Below are positions 27,581-37,161 of a DNA stretch of 64,000 bases, one piece after another (positions within the stretch are counted from its first letter, which is position 1; each line of letters begins with the position of its first letter). Below the pieces are notes generated by a model that ran no database searches, had not been told where the DNA came from, and saw nothing but the letters and a program-made list of their open reading frames with translations. A program made the translations under genes and the position numbers. Source of the stretch: an uncultured Myxococcales bacterium (GTDB lineage: Bacteria > Myxococcota > B64-G9); the NCBI GenBank assembly GCA_964513625.1, contig CAZENH010000032.1, positions 1 through 64,000 on the forward strand, in the 5' to 3' direction.

Positions 27581-29527
27581 ATGAAGAGATGGATTCTAAT
27601 TGGCGTGCTTGCGGTAGGTTGGGCATTTCCGGCCCGGGCGGTGTCCGACTATCCGGTGGATCTGAACGTCAGTCTGGTCAAGCCCTCGAACCGGGATTAT
27701 CTCAATATCGAAAGCTGCGCAGCAGCCGCCGAGACCGAGCTGGAGATCTCGTGGACGTTTGATAGCAGTAGCAACACCGCCTGGGTCGGGGAGCAGGAGG
27801 GCGACGTATTTCTGGCCATAGACGATACTTGCGGCTCGGCCCTGGTCGAGATCGGCAAGGTGTCGGGCCAAGGGGTCGATGTCAGCATCAGCGAGGGACA
27901 GACCAGCGGCACGTTTCCAGTGAGCGGCGACGAGCTTTACCTGAGCGACGTTACCGGCCTCGACTGCGCCACCGAAGACGAGCAAGACTACTATTTCTGC
28001 ATCAAGTGGCAGTATGATGAGCCTACAGGCTTCTACAACTACATCTACAGCGGCGGGACGCCGATTCGTTTCGACACTAAGCCGCCCGGCGCGCCCGCAA
28101 TTACTTCGGTCGATCCGGGCGAGACCAACCTGAAGGTCAGGTGGGAAAAACCGTCGGACGACGACCTCGATAGCTACATCCTCCACTACCGAGAGGAAGG
28201 CACAACTGAAGATCACCAGGCGACCGAGACCAACGGCGAGGCGACCAGCTTTCAGATCACCGGTCTGACCAACGACGTTACCTACGAGGTCTGGATGACG
28301 GCCGTCGACGTCGCCATGAACGAGAGCGAAGACTCGAACACCATGACCGGCACGCCGGAACCGGTGGAAGATTTCTTTGAATACTACCGCGGGCAAGGCG
28401 GGGGCGAAGACGGCGGTTTCTGCTTCGTGGCCACCGCCGCTTACGGTTCTTACCAGGATGCAATGGTAGTGCCCTTGCGCGCCTTCAGGGATAGTGTTTT
28501 GATGCCGACTGCTACGGGACGCGGCCTGGTCGCGGCCTACTATCGTTTCGGCCCTCGTTGGGCGCGGGCTATTCGCGGCTCGGACCTGCACCGCGCCGCA
28601 GCGCGATTATCGCTGGCCCCGCTGGTTGTGGCTGCCCGGGCCGATCTTAGTTTGGGAACCTTTGAGCTATTGGTACTGCTTGCAGCACTATTGATACTCG
28701 GGCTGCTTGGAAAGAAATATTTTCAGAAGATGCGGCGCTCGGCACGCGCTTCGGCGCCTCCGGCTCTTATGGCTTTGATTGCCGCGTTGCTGGTCATGGG
28801 AGTCGGCAGCCGGACCCGGGCGCAGGACAAGTCGCATCCGGGCACCGATTCGGATTCCGGCGAGGCCGTCTCTGGCGGCGTACCGAACATGCAGTTCCAG
28901 GTCCGCTTCGGGCCTTATACGCCGCAGGTCGACAGCGAAAAAGACCTCTCTGGCAAGCCTTTCAAGGAGATCTTCGGCGGCGGTAGCGAGATGCTCTTCG
29001 AGTTGGGTCTCGACTACGAGATCTGGCGCGGCTTCGGAGTGGTGAGCGTCGGCGGCTCATTCGGCTTCGTGCAGTACTTGGGCAAGGGTCGCACACAGAG
29101 CGGCGACAAGAGCAGCGACACCACGGTGTTCAACCTGGTGCCTTTCCGGTTGAATGTCGGATATACCTTCGACAAGCTGATGGACTGGTGGCGTATTCCG
29201 TTCGAGCCGTATGTGGTGGGCGGGCTGGACTACTACGTCTGGTGGGTGCTCGACGGCGTGGGTGACATAGCGTCTTACGAGGACGAGTCCGGGAAATCGT
29301 ACACGGCCCGCGGCGGCATATTCGGGGGACACTTCTCGGTCGGGCTGAAACTGCTGCTGGACGTCCTCGACCAGGAGGCGGCCAGTCACCTCGAAAACCA
29401 GGTCGGAGTAATGAATAGCTTTTTCTTTGCCGAGTACAGCATGTCATGGATCGACCAGTTCGGGGCCTCGGGCCATATGAACGTCGGCGACCAGACCTTC
29501 ATGTTCGGCCTGATGATGGAGTTCTGA
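27581..29527 (+). CDS. Secreted protein: Fn3-like domain, CFxATAAYGS...LRxFRD motif, hydrophobic linker and C-terminal beta-barrel-like domain ending in Phe (autotransporter-like architecture)
   Basis: Signal peptide MKRWILIGVLAVGWAFPARA. Fn3-like segment (LKVRWEKPSDDDLDSYILHY). The motif is CFVATAAYGSYQDAMVVPLRAFRDSVL. Two hydrophobic helices follow. The last ~240 aa have alternating hydrophobic strands with a C-terminal ...FGLMMEF. Confidence 0.6.
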   Translation: MKRWILIGVLAVGWAFPARAVSDYPVDLNVSLVKPSNRDYLNIESCAAAAETELEISWTFDSSSNTAWVGEQEGDVFLAIDDTCGSALVEIGKVSGQGVDVSISEGQTSGTFPVSGDELYLSDVTGLDCATEDEQDYYFCIKWQYDEPTGFYNYIYSGGTPIRFDTKPPGAPAITSVDPGETNLKVRWEKPSDDDLDSYILHYREEGTTEDHQATETNGEATSFQITGLTNDVTYEVWMTAVDVAMNESEDSNTMTGTPEPVEDFFEYYRGQGGGEDGGFCFVATAAYGSYQDAMVVPLRAFRDSVLMPTATGRGLVAAYYRFGPRWARAIRGSDLHRAAARLSLAPLVVAARADLSLGTFELLVLLAALLILGLLGKKYFQKMRRSARASAPPALMALIAALLVMGVGSRTRAQDKSHPGTDSDSGEAVSGGVPNMQFQVRFGPYTPQVDSEKDLSGKPFKEIFGGGSEMLFELGLDYEIWRGFGVVSVGGSFGFVQYLGKGRTQSGDKSSDTTVFNLVPFRLNVGYTFDKLMDWWRIPFEPYVVGGLDYYVWWVLDGVGDIASYEDESGKSYTARGGIFGGHFSVGLKLLLDVLDQEAASHLENQVGVMNSFFFAEYSMSWIDQFGASGHMNVGDQTFMFGLMMEF

Positions 29528-29531
29528 GCGC

Positions 29532-30302
29532 TTGTCAGGGAAAGTCCGCCTCACAATTGCATACGATGGAACCCGTTACCACGGCTGGCAGATCCAACCG
29601 GGGCAATCTACCATACAAGGCGAGTTGGAAGAGGCCTTCCTGAAAATGACCGGTCTTACGACCCGGGTTGTTGGCGCCGGGCGCACCGATGCCGGCGTTC
29701 ACGCCCGGGGCCAGGTTGCGGCTCTGGTCAACGAATCGCGGCACTCGCCCGAGGTCATCCGCGAGGGGTTGAACAGCCTGCTGCCAGAGGACATCGCCGT
29801 GCTGGCGGCCGACCAGGCACCCGAAGGTTTCGACCCGCGCCGCGACGCGGTCGGCAAGCACTATCGTTACACGATCCACAATCAGCGGGTGCGCCCGGTG
29901 CTCGAACGCCGCTTTCGCTGGCATATCAAGGCGCCGCTGGACGTTGAGGCCATGCAAGAAGCAAGCGCCTGCCTGGTCGGTGAACACGACTTCTCGGCCT
30001 TTCGGGCGGCCGACTGCGAGGCGAGCCACGCCGTGCGCACGCTAGACAGCATAGTCTGGCGCAGCCGGCCGCCGGCGCTCATTTTGGACATCTTCGGGCG
30101 CGGTTTTCTCAAGCAGATGGTGCGTAACATCGTCGGCAGTTGCGTAGAGATTGGCCGGGGACGCTGGCCGACGGACAAGATGCGCGAGATCCTGGAAAGC
30201 CGCGATCGCACCCGCGCAGGCAAAACGGCCCTGGCACACGGTTTGTGCCAGATGATGGTATACTACCGTCAGGAGGACTACCGGAATGCGATTGCCGACT
30301 AA
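29532..30302 (+). CDS. truA: tRNA pseudouridine(38-40) synthase
   Basis: IAYDGTRYHGWQIQ and the catalytic-Asp region RTDAGVHARGQVA are present. It appears to start with TTG, 4 nt after the upstream stop. Confidence 0.88.
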   Translation: MSGKVRLTIAYDGTRYHGWQIQPGQSTIQGELEEAFLKMTGLTTRVVGAGRTDAGVHARGQVAALVNESRHSPEVIREGLNSLLPEDIAVLAADQAPEGFDPRRDAVGKHYRYTIHNQRVRPVLERRFRWHIKAPLDVEAMQEASACLVGEHDFSAFRAADCEASHAVRTLDSIVWRSRPPALILDIFGRGFLKQMVRNIVGSCVEIGRGRWPTDKMREILESRDRTRAGKTALAHGLCQMMVYYRQEDYRNAIAD

Positions 30303-32253
30303 GGTATGGTTGCCGGGCTGTGTATTTATACTGGTCGCTTTTCTTTGCGGCTGCGGTTCTGAGGAAAGTGACCTCAGTCCCTACAAGGTGCCCGAAGGCT
30401 GCAATCCACTCGCACCGTACGCCGACTGCCTGCTGCCCTATCCCACGGATTATTTCCTGGTCGCCGACGATTCCATGCCCTCAGGGTCGCGTATCCGCCT
30501 GACCGAGCAAGCGACCGTCTACACGCCGGCCGATCACCTGCCCGCCGATCCGACCAGCGTGCACCCGGCGGACGGTTTTTCCCCCGCCGGACCGATTTTA
30601 GCGGTTTTCCCGGCCGGCGTGGATGCGGGCAATCTGGTTTTTCACACCGGCGACGTTTTCGCTTCTCTTTTGCCTTCTAGTCCGACGGTGTTGCTGGATG
30701 CCGAGACGGGCGAGCCCGTTCTGCACTTTGCCGAACTGGATCCAATGGCCGAGAGCGACGATCGCCGGGCCTTGTTTATCAGGCCGCTTGTTCGTCTGGA
30801 AAACCAGAGACGCTATGTGGTGGCCATCCATGATCTGGAAGGCCCGGGTGGCGGCCCGCTGTCCGCCCCCGAGGGCTTCCGGCGCATCCGCGACGGTTTG
30901 ACCGGCGGAGATCCCATCCTGGGGCCGCTGGCCGTGCGTTACGAGAGCGGAATATTTCCGCTGATCGAAGACTTTGGTATTTCGCGCGACAGCCTGCAGT
31001 TGGCCTGGGATTTCAGCACCGAGAGCGAGGAGAATGTCACCGGCGACATGCTCGCGGTACGCGAGATGGTCATGGACTATTTCTCATCGCACGTTCCCGA
31101 GATCTCGATAACACAGGTCACAGACGACGTCGATCAGAAGATCTTTCGCAGGCTGGACGGCACGGTCGAAGTTCCCTTGTACCTGGAAGACGCCGACCCC
31201 GGGGCGCGTCTTTTTCGCGATGCCCAGGGCCGGGTGGCCCAGAACGGGTTGACGCAAGTGCCCTTCACGATGCTGATCCCGCGCAGCCTGGCCGCCCGGG
31301 CGCCCGGAGACCCGCCGGCCAGGGTGCTGCAATACGGCCACGGTTTTTTCGGCGAGCGCGACAGCGAGTCGGAATTGGGTCATCTAGAGGATACCCTGGA
31401 AGACGACGGATTCGTCTTTGTTGCGGCCGACTGGTGGGGGATGTCCAGGCCGGACGTGTTCCTGGTGATCGACGCCATCGCCTCGCGACCCTCGGAGATC
31501 GCGGACTTCACCGATCGCCTGCACCAGGCCATGGCCAACTTCATCGCGCTGGCCTACGCGGTGCAAGGTCCGCTGCTGGAACGGCCGGAGATCCAGGTTG
31601 ACGATCATCCGCTGTATGATCCGGACCAGTTGTATTACTACGGCAACTCCCAGGGCCACATCCTGGGAGGCACCTACCTGGCCCTGTCTCCGCAAATCGA
31701 CCGGGCCGTGCTGGGAGTTGGCGGGGCGTCCTTGACGCTGATGATGCCCCGCGCGCTGCCCTTCGCCTCGTTTATGGAATTCATCAACATGTATATTCCA
31801 GACCCCCTGGACACGCAGAAGTTCATGGTTTTAACACAGACGACCTTCGACAGGATAGATCCGATAACTTATGCCCCGCACCTGCTCTCGAACACCTATT
31901 CCAAAGGACCGTCCGCGCGCAGGTTGTTGATGCACATGGGACTCAACGATACCCAGGTGCCGAACATGGCCACCCAGTACCATGCGCGGGCATTGGGTTT
32001 GAAGCTGATGCAGCCAAGCCCGACGCAAGTTCCAGCCCTTACCGAAGCGGCCTATCCCCTGGACGGCTCGGGCCTGGTGGAGTTCGATCTGGGAGCCGCC
32101 CCCCCGCCCGCCGAGGCCCGCCCGGCCGACGAGGACAGCGGCGTGCACTCACACGTCCGGGAGTTGCCGGCGGTCATCCAGCAGATAGATCTCTTCTTGC
32201 GTCCAGAAGGCCAAATAGAGCAGACATGCGAAGGCGTCTGCGATCCTGAGTGA
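30286..32253 (+). CDS. Secreted lipoprotein, putative alpha/beta-hydrolase (GNSQG nucleophile elbow)
   Basis: Lipobox LVAFLCGCGS with an AGGAGG RBS. GxSxG-like YYYGNSQGHILGG. No confident family assignment. Confidence 0.5.
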   Translation: MRLPTKVWLPGCVFILVAFLCGCGSEESDLSPYKVPEGCNPLAPYADCLLPYPTDYFLVADDSMPSGSRIRLTEQATVYTPADHLPADPTSVHPADGFSPAGPILAVFPAGVDAGNLVFHTGDVFASLLPSSPTVLLDAETGEPVLHFAELDPMAESDDRRALFIRPLVRLENQRRYVVAIHDLEGPGGGPLSAPEGFRRIRDGLTGGDPILGPLAVRYESGIFPLIEDFGISRDSLQLAWDFSTESEENVTGDMLAVREMVMDYFSSHVPEISITQVTDDVDQKIFRRLDGTVEVPLYLEDADPGARLFRDAQGRVAQNGLTQVPFTMLIPRSLAARAPGDPPARVLQYGHGFFGERDSESELGHLEDTLEDDGFVFVAADWWGMSRPDVFLVIDAIASRPSEIADFTDRLHQAMANFIALAYAVQGPLLERPEIQVDDHPLYDPDQLYYYGNSQGHILGGTYLALSPQIDRAVLGVGGASLTLMMPRALPFASFMEFINMYIPDPLDTQKFMVLTQTTFDRIDPITYAPHLLSNTYSKGPSARRLLMHMGLNDTQVPNMATQYHARALGLKLMQPSPTQVPALTEAAYPLDGSGLVEFDLGAAPPPAEARPADEDSGVHSHVRELPAVIQQIDLFLRPEGQIEQTCEGVCDPE

Positions 32254-32319
32254 TACCTTGACAATACCCGCCTAGACAGGCGACAGTTCTGAATCAGGAG
32301 TTCTCCAAGGAGGGGGAAA

Positions 32320-32457
32320 ATGAAGACATTTCTTTGGGTAATGGTGGGATTGAGTGTTGTTTTACTTTTTTTGCAAATCTCCTTGACATTCCTGGTGGCT
32401 TCGCCTAATAAGAGCGTTCCCGGGCACTTGCCGGGATCACAGGAAGGAATCGGGTGA
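32320..32457 (+). other. Possible 45-codon upstream ORF (hydrophobic micro-protein [45 protein letters not shown]) overlapping the rplM start
   Basis: AAGGAGGGGG lies 4 nt upstream of the ATG. The stop TGA overlaps the rplM ATG (ATGA). Both the ORF and rplM begin with ATGAAGAC. It was absent from the ORF track because it is under 60 aa. Confidence 0.25.
32383..32411 (+). promoter_or_regulatory. Near-consensus sigma-70 promoter TTGACA-N17-TAATAA upstream of rplM
   Basis: ccTTGACAttcctggtggcttcgccTAATAAg sits about 45 nt upstream of the rplM start. Confidence 0.45.
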
Positions 32458-32900
32458 TGAAGACTTTGCATGTAAAGAAGAGCGACGTTGAGCGACACTG
32501 GCTGCTGGTGGATGCCGCTGACGGTGTCCTGGGCAGGATCGCCAGCCAGGTTGCCGCCATCCTGCGCGGCAAACATACCCCCAGTTTCACAGCACATGTC
32601 GACACCGGCGATTTCGTCGTCGTCATCAATGCCGAGAAAGTGCGGCTTACCGGGAAAAAAATGGAGAAGAAGAGGTACTACGACTACTCCGGTTACCCCG
32701 GTGGCCTCCGCGAGCGCAACGCGCAGACCATGCAGATGCGGCATCCAACCGAGCTGATCAGGCGCGCCGTAAAGGGAATGTTACCCAAGGGTGCCCTGGG
32801 TTATTCCATGATCCGAAAACTCAAGATCTACGCCGGACCCGAGCATCCGCATGAGGCGCAGAAGCCGGAGAAGATCGTGCTTGAAGGGATTGGACAATGA
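32457..32900 (+). CDS. rplM: 50S ribosomal protein L13
   Basis: [62 protein letters not shown] is unmistakably L13. Confidence 0.92.
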   Translation: MKTLHVKKSDVERHWLLVDAADGVLGRIASQVAAILRGKHTPSFTAHVDTGDFVVVINAEKVRLTGKKMEKKRYYDYSGYPGGLRERNAQTMQMRHPTELIRRAVKGMLPKGALGYSMIRKLKIYAGPEHPHEAQKPEKIVLEGIGQ

Positions 32901-33292
32901 GCGAAGTTCAACAGTGGTATGCCACAGGCAGGAGAAAGTCGGCCGTCGCCAGGGTGTGGATGAAACCCGGCAATGGGGTGATCACGGTCAATAAACGCCC
33001 GATCGACCAGTATTTCGGCCGCGAAACGCTGAAGATGATTCTTCATGAGCCTTTCGACCTGACCGAGACCCGCGGCAAGTACGACATCACTGTCAATGTC
33101 ACCGGCGGCGGCCTGGCCGGTCAATCTGGCGCCATCCGCCACGGTATCACGCGGGCCCTGATGAAAATGAACCCGCAGTTCAGACCGATCCTGAAAAAGG
33201 TTGGAATGGTTACCCGCGATTCACGCGTCAAGGAGCGCAAGAAATACGGTCAGCCCGGCGCGCGCAAGCGCTTCCAGTATTCGAAACGCTAA
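32897..33292 (+). CDS. rpsI: 30S ribosomal protein S9
   Basis: [19 protein letters not shown] and the C-terminal [17 protein letters not shown] are present. The start overlaps rplM by 4 nt. Confidence 0.92.
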   Translation: MSEVQQWYATGRRKSAVARVWMKPGNGVITVNKRPIDQYFGRETLKMILHEPFDLTETRGKYDITVNVTGGGLAGQSGAIRHGITRALMKMNPQFRPILKKVGMVTRDSRVKERKKYGQPGARKRFQYSKR

Positions 33293-33296
33293 ACGA

Positions 33297-35081
33297 TCAG
33301 TAAGTCGGATCGGTATACTCGTCTTCCCACTCGCTCGGCTTGAGTTCGCCGTCGGCGAGGCGCTCTTCGATTATGGCGATCAAGATGTCGCATATGTGCG
33401 GGTCGATCTGCCGCTCGCGCAGGCGACTCAGGATCTCGATTGCCTCACGGTTGTCGACGGCCTCCTGGTAAGGCCTCTCCGAGGTGACTGCGTCATAGGT
33501 ATCGGCAGCGTTTATGATCCTGGCTCCCAGAGGAATCTTTTCTCCCTTGAGGCCGCTCGGATAACCGCTGCCGTCAAACCACTCATGGTGGTGCAAGACC
33601 AGTTCTTTAACGGGCGCCAGAAAATCGATCGGCTCGATTATCTTTTCGCCCAGCACCGGATGATTGCGGACTATTTTCATTTCTTCTTCAGACAGGCGGC
33701 CTTTCTTGGCCAATATTTCCTCGGAGATACCGATCTTTCCGATATCGTGCAGGATACCGCCGAAGCGCAGGTAGCGCATTTGCACCTCGTCGAGGCCGAG
33801 CTTGCGGCCGAGCGCCAGTGCCACACTGGTCACCCGCACGGAATGTCCTCGGGTGTAAGGATCCTTGGCGTCGATGGAGTTGGCCAGAGCACGGATGGTC
33901 TCCAGGTAGCCGTGTTCGAGGGTGGCAACCAGGTCTTTGTTTTCACGGTCATAGTAGAGCAGTTGCCGCGACATGTAGTTGAAGGTGTGCGCCAGTTCTC
34001 CTATTTCGTTTCTGGTCTTGACGTCTAATGTCGTGCCGAAATTGCCTCGTGCAATCTGCAAGGCGCCGGAGACGCATTTGCCGACCGGGCGCGTGATGCC
34101 GAATGCAAACAATACGCCCAGGCCGAGCGCCAGAGCCAGACTGACCAGCACGACGCTGACTACCTGCCAGGTCATCTTGCGCGTGGCGACATACGCTTCA
34201 TCCAGGGGCTCTATGGAAACCATCAGCCAGGCAGGGCGCGCCAACGGCGAATAGGCCGCCAGCACTCCCCGGTCGCCTCCCATTCGAACGGGGCGCGCGC
34301 CGGAAACACGCGGAGCCGGTGCGTTGCTGTCGCCGCGAGGAGCCAGGATACCGGCCAGGAATGCCGAAAGTCGTCTCGACTTCTCTGTCCGATCGTCGGC
34401 AGCCCCGCGTGCCGTACCGGCTTTGTCGGCCACCAGGAAACCGTTTGCATCGATCAGCAGCACATTGCCCCGGGCTCCCACGCGCAGCTTGCCGATGATC
34501 TCCTGTAACGAGGTCAAAGAGATCTCCATGCCCAGGTAAGCCGCGTCGCCGGCGTTGAGCTTGACCGTCATGGCTACAGCCGTCTCACTGCGGGTCTCGA
34601 TTGAAACCTCTGGACGCGCCCGGCGTTGGATATCGTAGGGTGCCGAGAATTCGATCGTGTCCGGCTTGCCCTTGGACAGGATCGAGGCGATCCTGGCCTG
34701 GTGATCGGCGAGTTCGGAGGGCAGTATACGCCGAGAGTCGAATGCCAGCAGGTTGTGCAAGGCCCGGCCGTGTTCGTCGTAGAAGGCGATGATGTTGACT
34801 TCGGGCCGTTTCTGGAGAATGAAGGACAACAATTCCTGTCGCTGGGGCAGGTTCATGTTGGCGACCGAGAAATTGGACAGCAGCAGGTCGAGATCGGAGA
34901 TTACGTTGTCGAAAAATGCTTCGGCAGCACGGCCGGCGTGGTCTGCGCGTTCTTGTTGCAGTTCCCACGTCAGTGTCTTCAGCGTGTCAACACTGGAATC
35001 AATCAGGATGAACCCGACTACCGTAATCGGAACGGCGGTCAGAAACAACAACATCAAGGTTATACTGCGAAAGAGCTTCAT
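33297..35081 (-). CDS. Membrane-bound HD-GYP phosphodiesterase with periplasmic sensor and HAMP domains
   Basis: N-terminal TM helix, a sensor domain, a second TM helix and a HAMP domain. HD-GYP signature HDIGKIGISEEIL...NHPVLG...HHHEWFDGSGYP. Confidence 0.8.
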   Translation of the reverse strand: MKLFRSITLMLLFLTAVPITVVGFILIDSSVDTLKTLTWELQQERADHAGRAAEAFFDNVISDLDLLLSNFSVANMNLPQRQELLSFILQKRPEVNIIAFYDEHGRALHNLLAFDSRRILPSELADHQARIASILSKGKPDTIEFSAPYDIQRRARPEVSIETRSETAVAMTVKLNAGDAAYLGMEISLTSLQEIIGKLRVGARGNVLLIDANGFLVADKAGTARGAADDRTEKSRRLSAFLAGILAPRGDSNAPAPRVSGARPVRMGGDRGVLAAYSPLARPAWLMVSIEPLDEAYVATRKMTWQVVSVVLVSLALALGLGVLFAFGITRPVGKCVSGALQIARGNFGTTLDVKTRNEIGELAHTFNYMSRQLLYYDRENKDLVATLEHGYLETIRALANSIDAKDPYTRGHSVRVTSVALALGRKLGLDEVQMRYLRFGGILHDIGKIGISEEILAKKGRLSEEEMKIVRNHPVLGEKIIEPIDFLAPVKELVLHHHEWFDGSGYPSGLKGEKIPLGARIINAADTYDAVTSERPYQEAVDNREAIEILSRLRERQIDPHICDILIAIIEERLADGELKPSEWEDEYTDPTY

Positions 35082-35461
35082 CGCCGCTTGTTCAGATCGC
35101 TCACAGCACGTTCAAGGAGTTTGGCCATCTTCTTTGGCTTGAAAGGCTTGTTGATGTAGTAATCAGGGCCCCACTCGGGGGAATCCTCCAACATGTGCGC
35201 TCTCGAGATAGCCGACATCAAGACAACCGGGACGGATCCCTGCTTGCCGGTCATGCGAATGCTGCGGATCATCTGCAGGCCGTCCAGCTTGGGCATCAAG
35301 AAGTCGGTGACCACCAGGTCGATCTTCTCTTTCATGAAGATGGATAGTGCTTCCTGTCCGTCCCTGGCCTCGATTACTCTGTTACCCTGGGCCTCCAGCA
35401 GGTCACGCACAACCGCACGGTAGGAAGAGTCGTCGTCGCAGACAAGGGCAGTCAAATTCAA
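35078..35461 (-). CDS. Single-domain response regulator (CheY-like receiver)
   Basis: LVCDDD...DLVVTDFLMPKLDG has the phospho-acceptor Asp and a conserved Lys. It overlaps the HD-GYP gene by 4 nt. Confidence 0.8.
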   Translation of the reverse strand: MNLTALVCDDDSSYRAVVRDLLEAQGNRVIEARDGQEALSIFMKEKIDLVVTDFLMPKLDGLQMIRSIRMTGKQGSVPVVLMSAISRAHMLEDSPEWGPDYYINKPFKPKKMAKLLERAVSDLNKRR

Positions 35462-35464
35462 TTG

Positions 35465-36472
35465 TCAGTCTCCATGGCCCGCATCTTCATGCGCGGGTTG
35501 TTTGATGTTTGAGCCATTGCCCCGGGAAGCCCGCAAGATGAACTTCCTCGCGGGTGATGCCCGGCCGACCAATCCGCGCGGGTCGACCGTCCTAATAAAC
35601 CAGTAGTATTGCCCATCGGGCAGGCTGGACTTGAAAAGCAAGGAAGTATTCTCGGTTGTCATCTGGCGAATTGCCTGTTGCCCGTGGGGATCGCCGGCGA
35701 TCAGGATCACGTATCTGGTAGCTCCGGCTACGGGTTTCCAGTTGAAGTAGATTGCGGCCGTGACCAGTATGGAACCTTTGGCCGGTAAGAGTCGAGTAGG
35801 CGGGTCAAGCAACGGGTACGAGTCCGAAGGAGCCTGACCGGCTTCCACACGGACTGCATGTCCTTGTTTGACGGTCTTGCTCTTCTTGCCGGCGCTGACT
35901 TTGACGCCGTCTCCCGATAGCACCGCCACACGGGTATCGCCTTTGCGATCTACCGATACTTCGAAGCGATTCTTCTTGGGACGCTTGGCAAGGCTTGCCT
36001 TGCGGGCCTGGCGGGCCAAGGCCCATGTCTCGTCTGCCAGCCGGCGGCACTCGGCGTAGGCAGCGCGTGAAAGCGCTTTCTTGGCCCGGTCCAGGCTGTC
36101 CGCGGCCGACTTATAATCCTTGGGGGCGAACTCCGACGCGCCATCGGCATTTGCCTGGGCCAATGCCTGAGTGGCCACCCTCAAGGCGGTCAAGACTCTG
36201 TCACGCTCCTGGCCCGGTAGGCGGATCTCGGCCCCGGAATCGGGTTGCTCCCCGTCAGCAATCGAGTTCAATGCCCGGATTTCCACGGCAGCGGATGGAT
36301 CGCCGAAGAATTTCTCAGCGATCTCTTCAAGCGTTTGATCCTTCGAGATTTTGATCTTGGCGGGTAGTTTGGAAACAGCTGAAGCAGCCGGTGGCTCTCT
36401 GACCTGACCCCAGGCCGGGACGACAAGAGTAGCCAGAGCCGCCAGACTTATTGTCGTAACAAAGCCTTTCAC
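35465..36472 (-). CDS. Secreted LysM-domain protein with C-terminal Ig/Fn3-like domain
   Basis: Signal peptide, then a LysM-like segment (KDQTLEEIAEKFFGDPSAAVEIRALNSI...EIRLPG). C-terminal beta-sandwich (DGQYYWFIRTVD). Confidence 0.5.
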   Translation of the reverse strand: MKGFVTTISLAALATLVVPAWGQVREPPAASAVSKLPAKIKISKDQTLEEIAEKFFGDPSAAVEIRALNSIADGEQPDSGAEIRLPGQERDRVLTALRVATQALAQANADGASEFAPKDYKSAADSLDRAKKALSRAAYAECRRLADETWALARQARKASLAKRPKKNRFEVSVDRKGDTRVAVLSGDGVKVSAGKKSKTVKQGHAVRVEAGQAPSDSYPLLDPPTRLLPAKGSILVTAAIYFNWKPVAGATRYVILIAGDPHGQQAIRQMTTENTSLLFKSSLPDGQYYWFIRTVDPRGLVGRASPARKFILRASRGNGSNIKQPAHEDAGHGD

Positions 36473-36948
36473 TGGAAAGCCACCTCACGGTGCAGCAGGC
36501 TGGTCTCGGCTGACGACGTCCTGATCTTGAACTCCGAGGCTCCCTTCTCTAAAGCGCTTAATTCGGCTTCCACCTTTCCTTCCATCAATGTGAAGGTGTA
36601 GCGACGTGCCTGGTCGACGGGTTCGAGGCGCAGATCAGTCACAACCACCAGGCTCTCGGGGCCTACCCGCAACAGGCCGCCGCTCTCGAATTCGATATTG
36701 GCAAAGCTGTCACGCAGTGTGCGCACTTTGTCGTCGATGGATAGCTCCATGTCGCGCCTGGCCGGTAACCACTCCATCGAGCCCGATTTCTTGACCCGCA
36801 CGTTTCCGCTGCTGAAAACGATTCTGGCGGTGCGTAAAATCCCCTGGCCCGGGCCGGCATCTTGCTTTTGCTCCTTGCCTGCGTCCCGGTTGCAGTCGCA
36901 ACTGACAGCTAGAAAACACAGGCACACTAATAGGAGCATGTTTCTCAT
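36469..36948 (-). CDS. Small FecR-domain lipoprotein
   Basis: Internal start MRNMLLLVCLCFLAVSCDC (lipobox). FecR-like segment (VRVKKSGSMEWLPARRDMELSIDDKVRTLRDSFANIEFESGGLLRVGPESLVVV). Confidence 0.5.
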   Translation of the reverse strand: MRNMLLLVCLCFLAVSCDCNRDAGKEQKQDAGPGQGILRTARIVFSSGNVRVKKSGSMEWLPARRDMELSIDDKVRTLRDSFANIEFESGGLLRVGPESLVVVTDLRLEPVDQARRYTFTLMEGKVEAELSALEKGASEFKIRTSSAETSLLHREVAFQ

Positions 36949-37161
36949 TCTATATAAGATCTTAGGCCATCGGACTAAACATGGCAAGATAGTTCGACAA
37001 ACGCCCCCGGGAAAAAACGATTGACAAGGGGAGGGTGCTGTTGTTTTCCTCAGGGGTGCACCCTTATAAGATTCCATTCACCCGTTTTCGGGTCCAAACA
37101 CATTTTTTCAAAGATGGAAAATTTGCCGGATTGCCTGGTTCGGCGGAGGAGGTCTGACGGC

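Noticed and set aside
37021-37161. Extended 5' portion of the pyrG ORF (ATG at 37124 and upstream)
   Set aside because: A GTG at 37162 preceded by GGAGGAGG gives the canonical PyrG N-terminus (TKFIFVTGG) and a typical 540-aa length. The upstream extension has no counterpart in CTP synthases.
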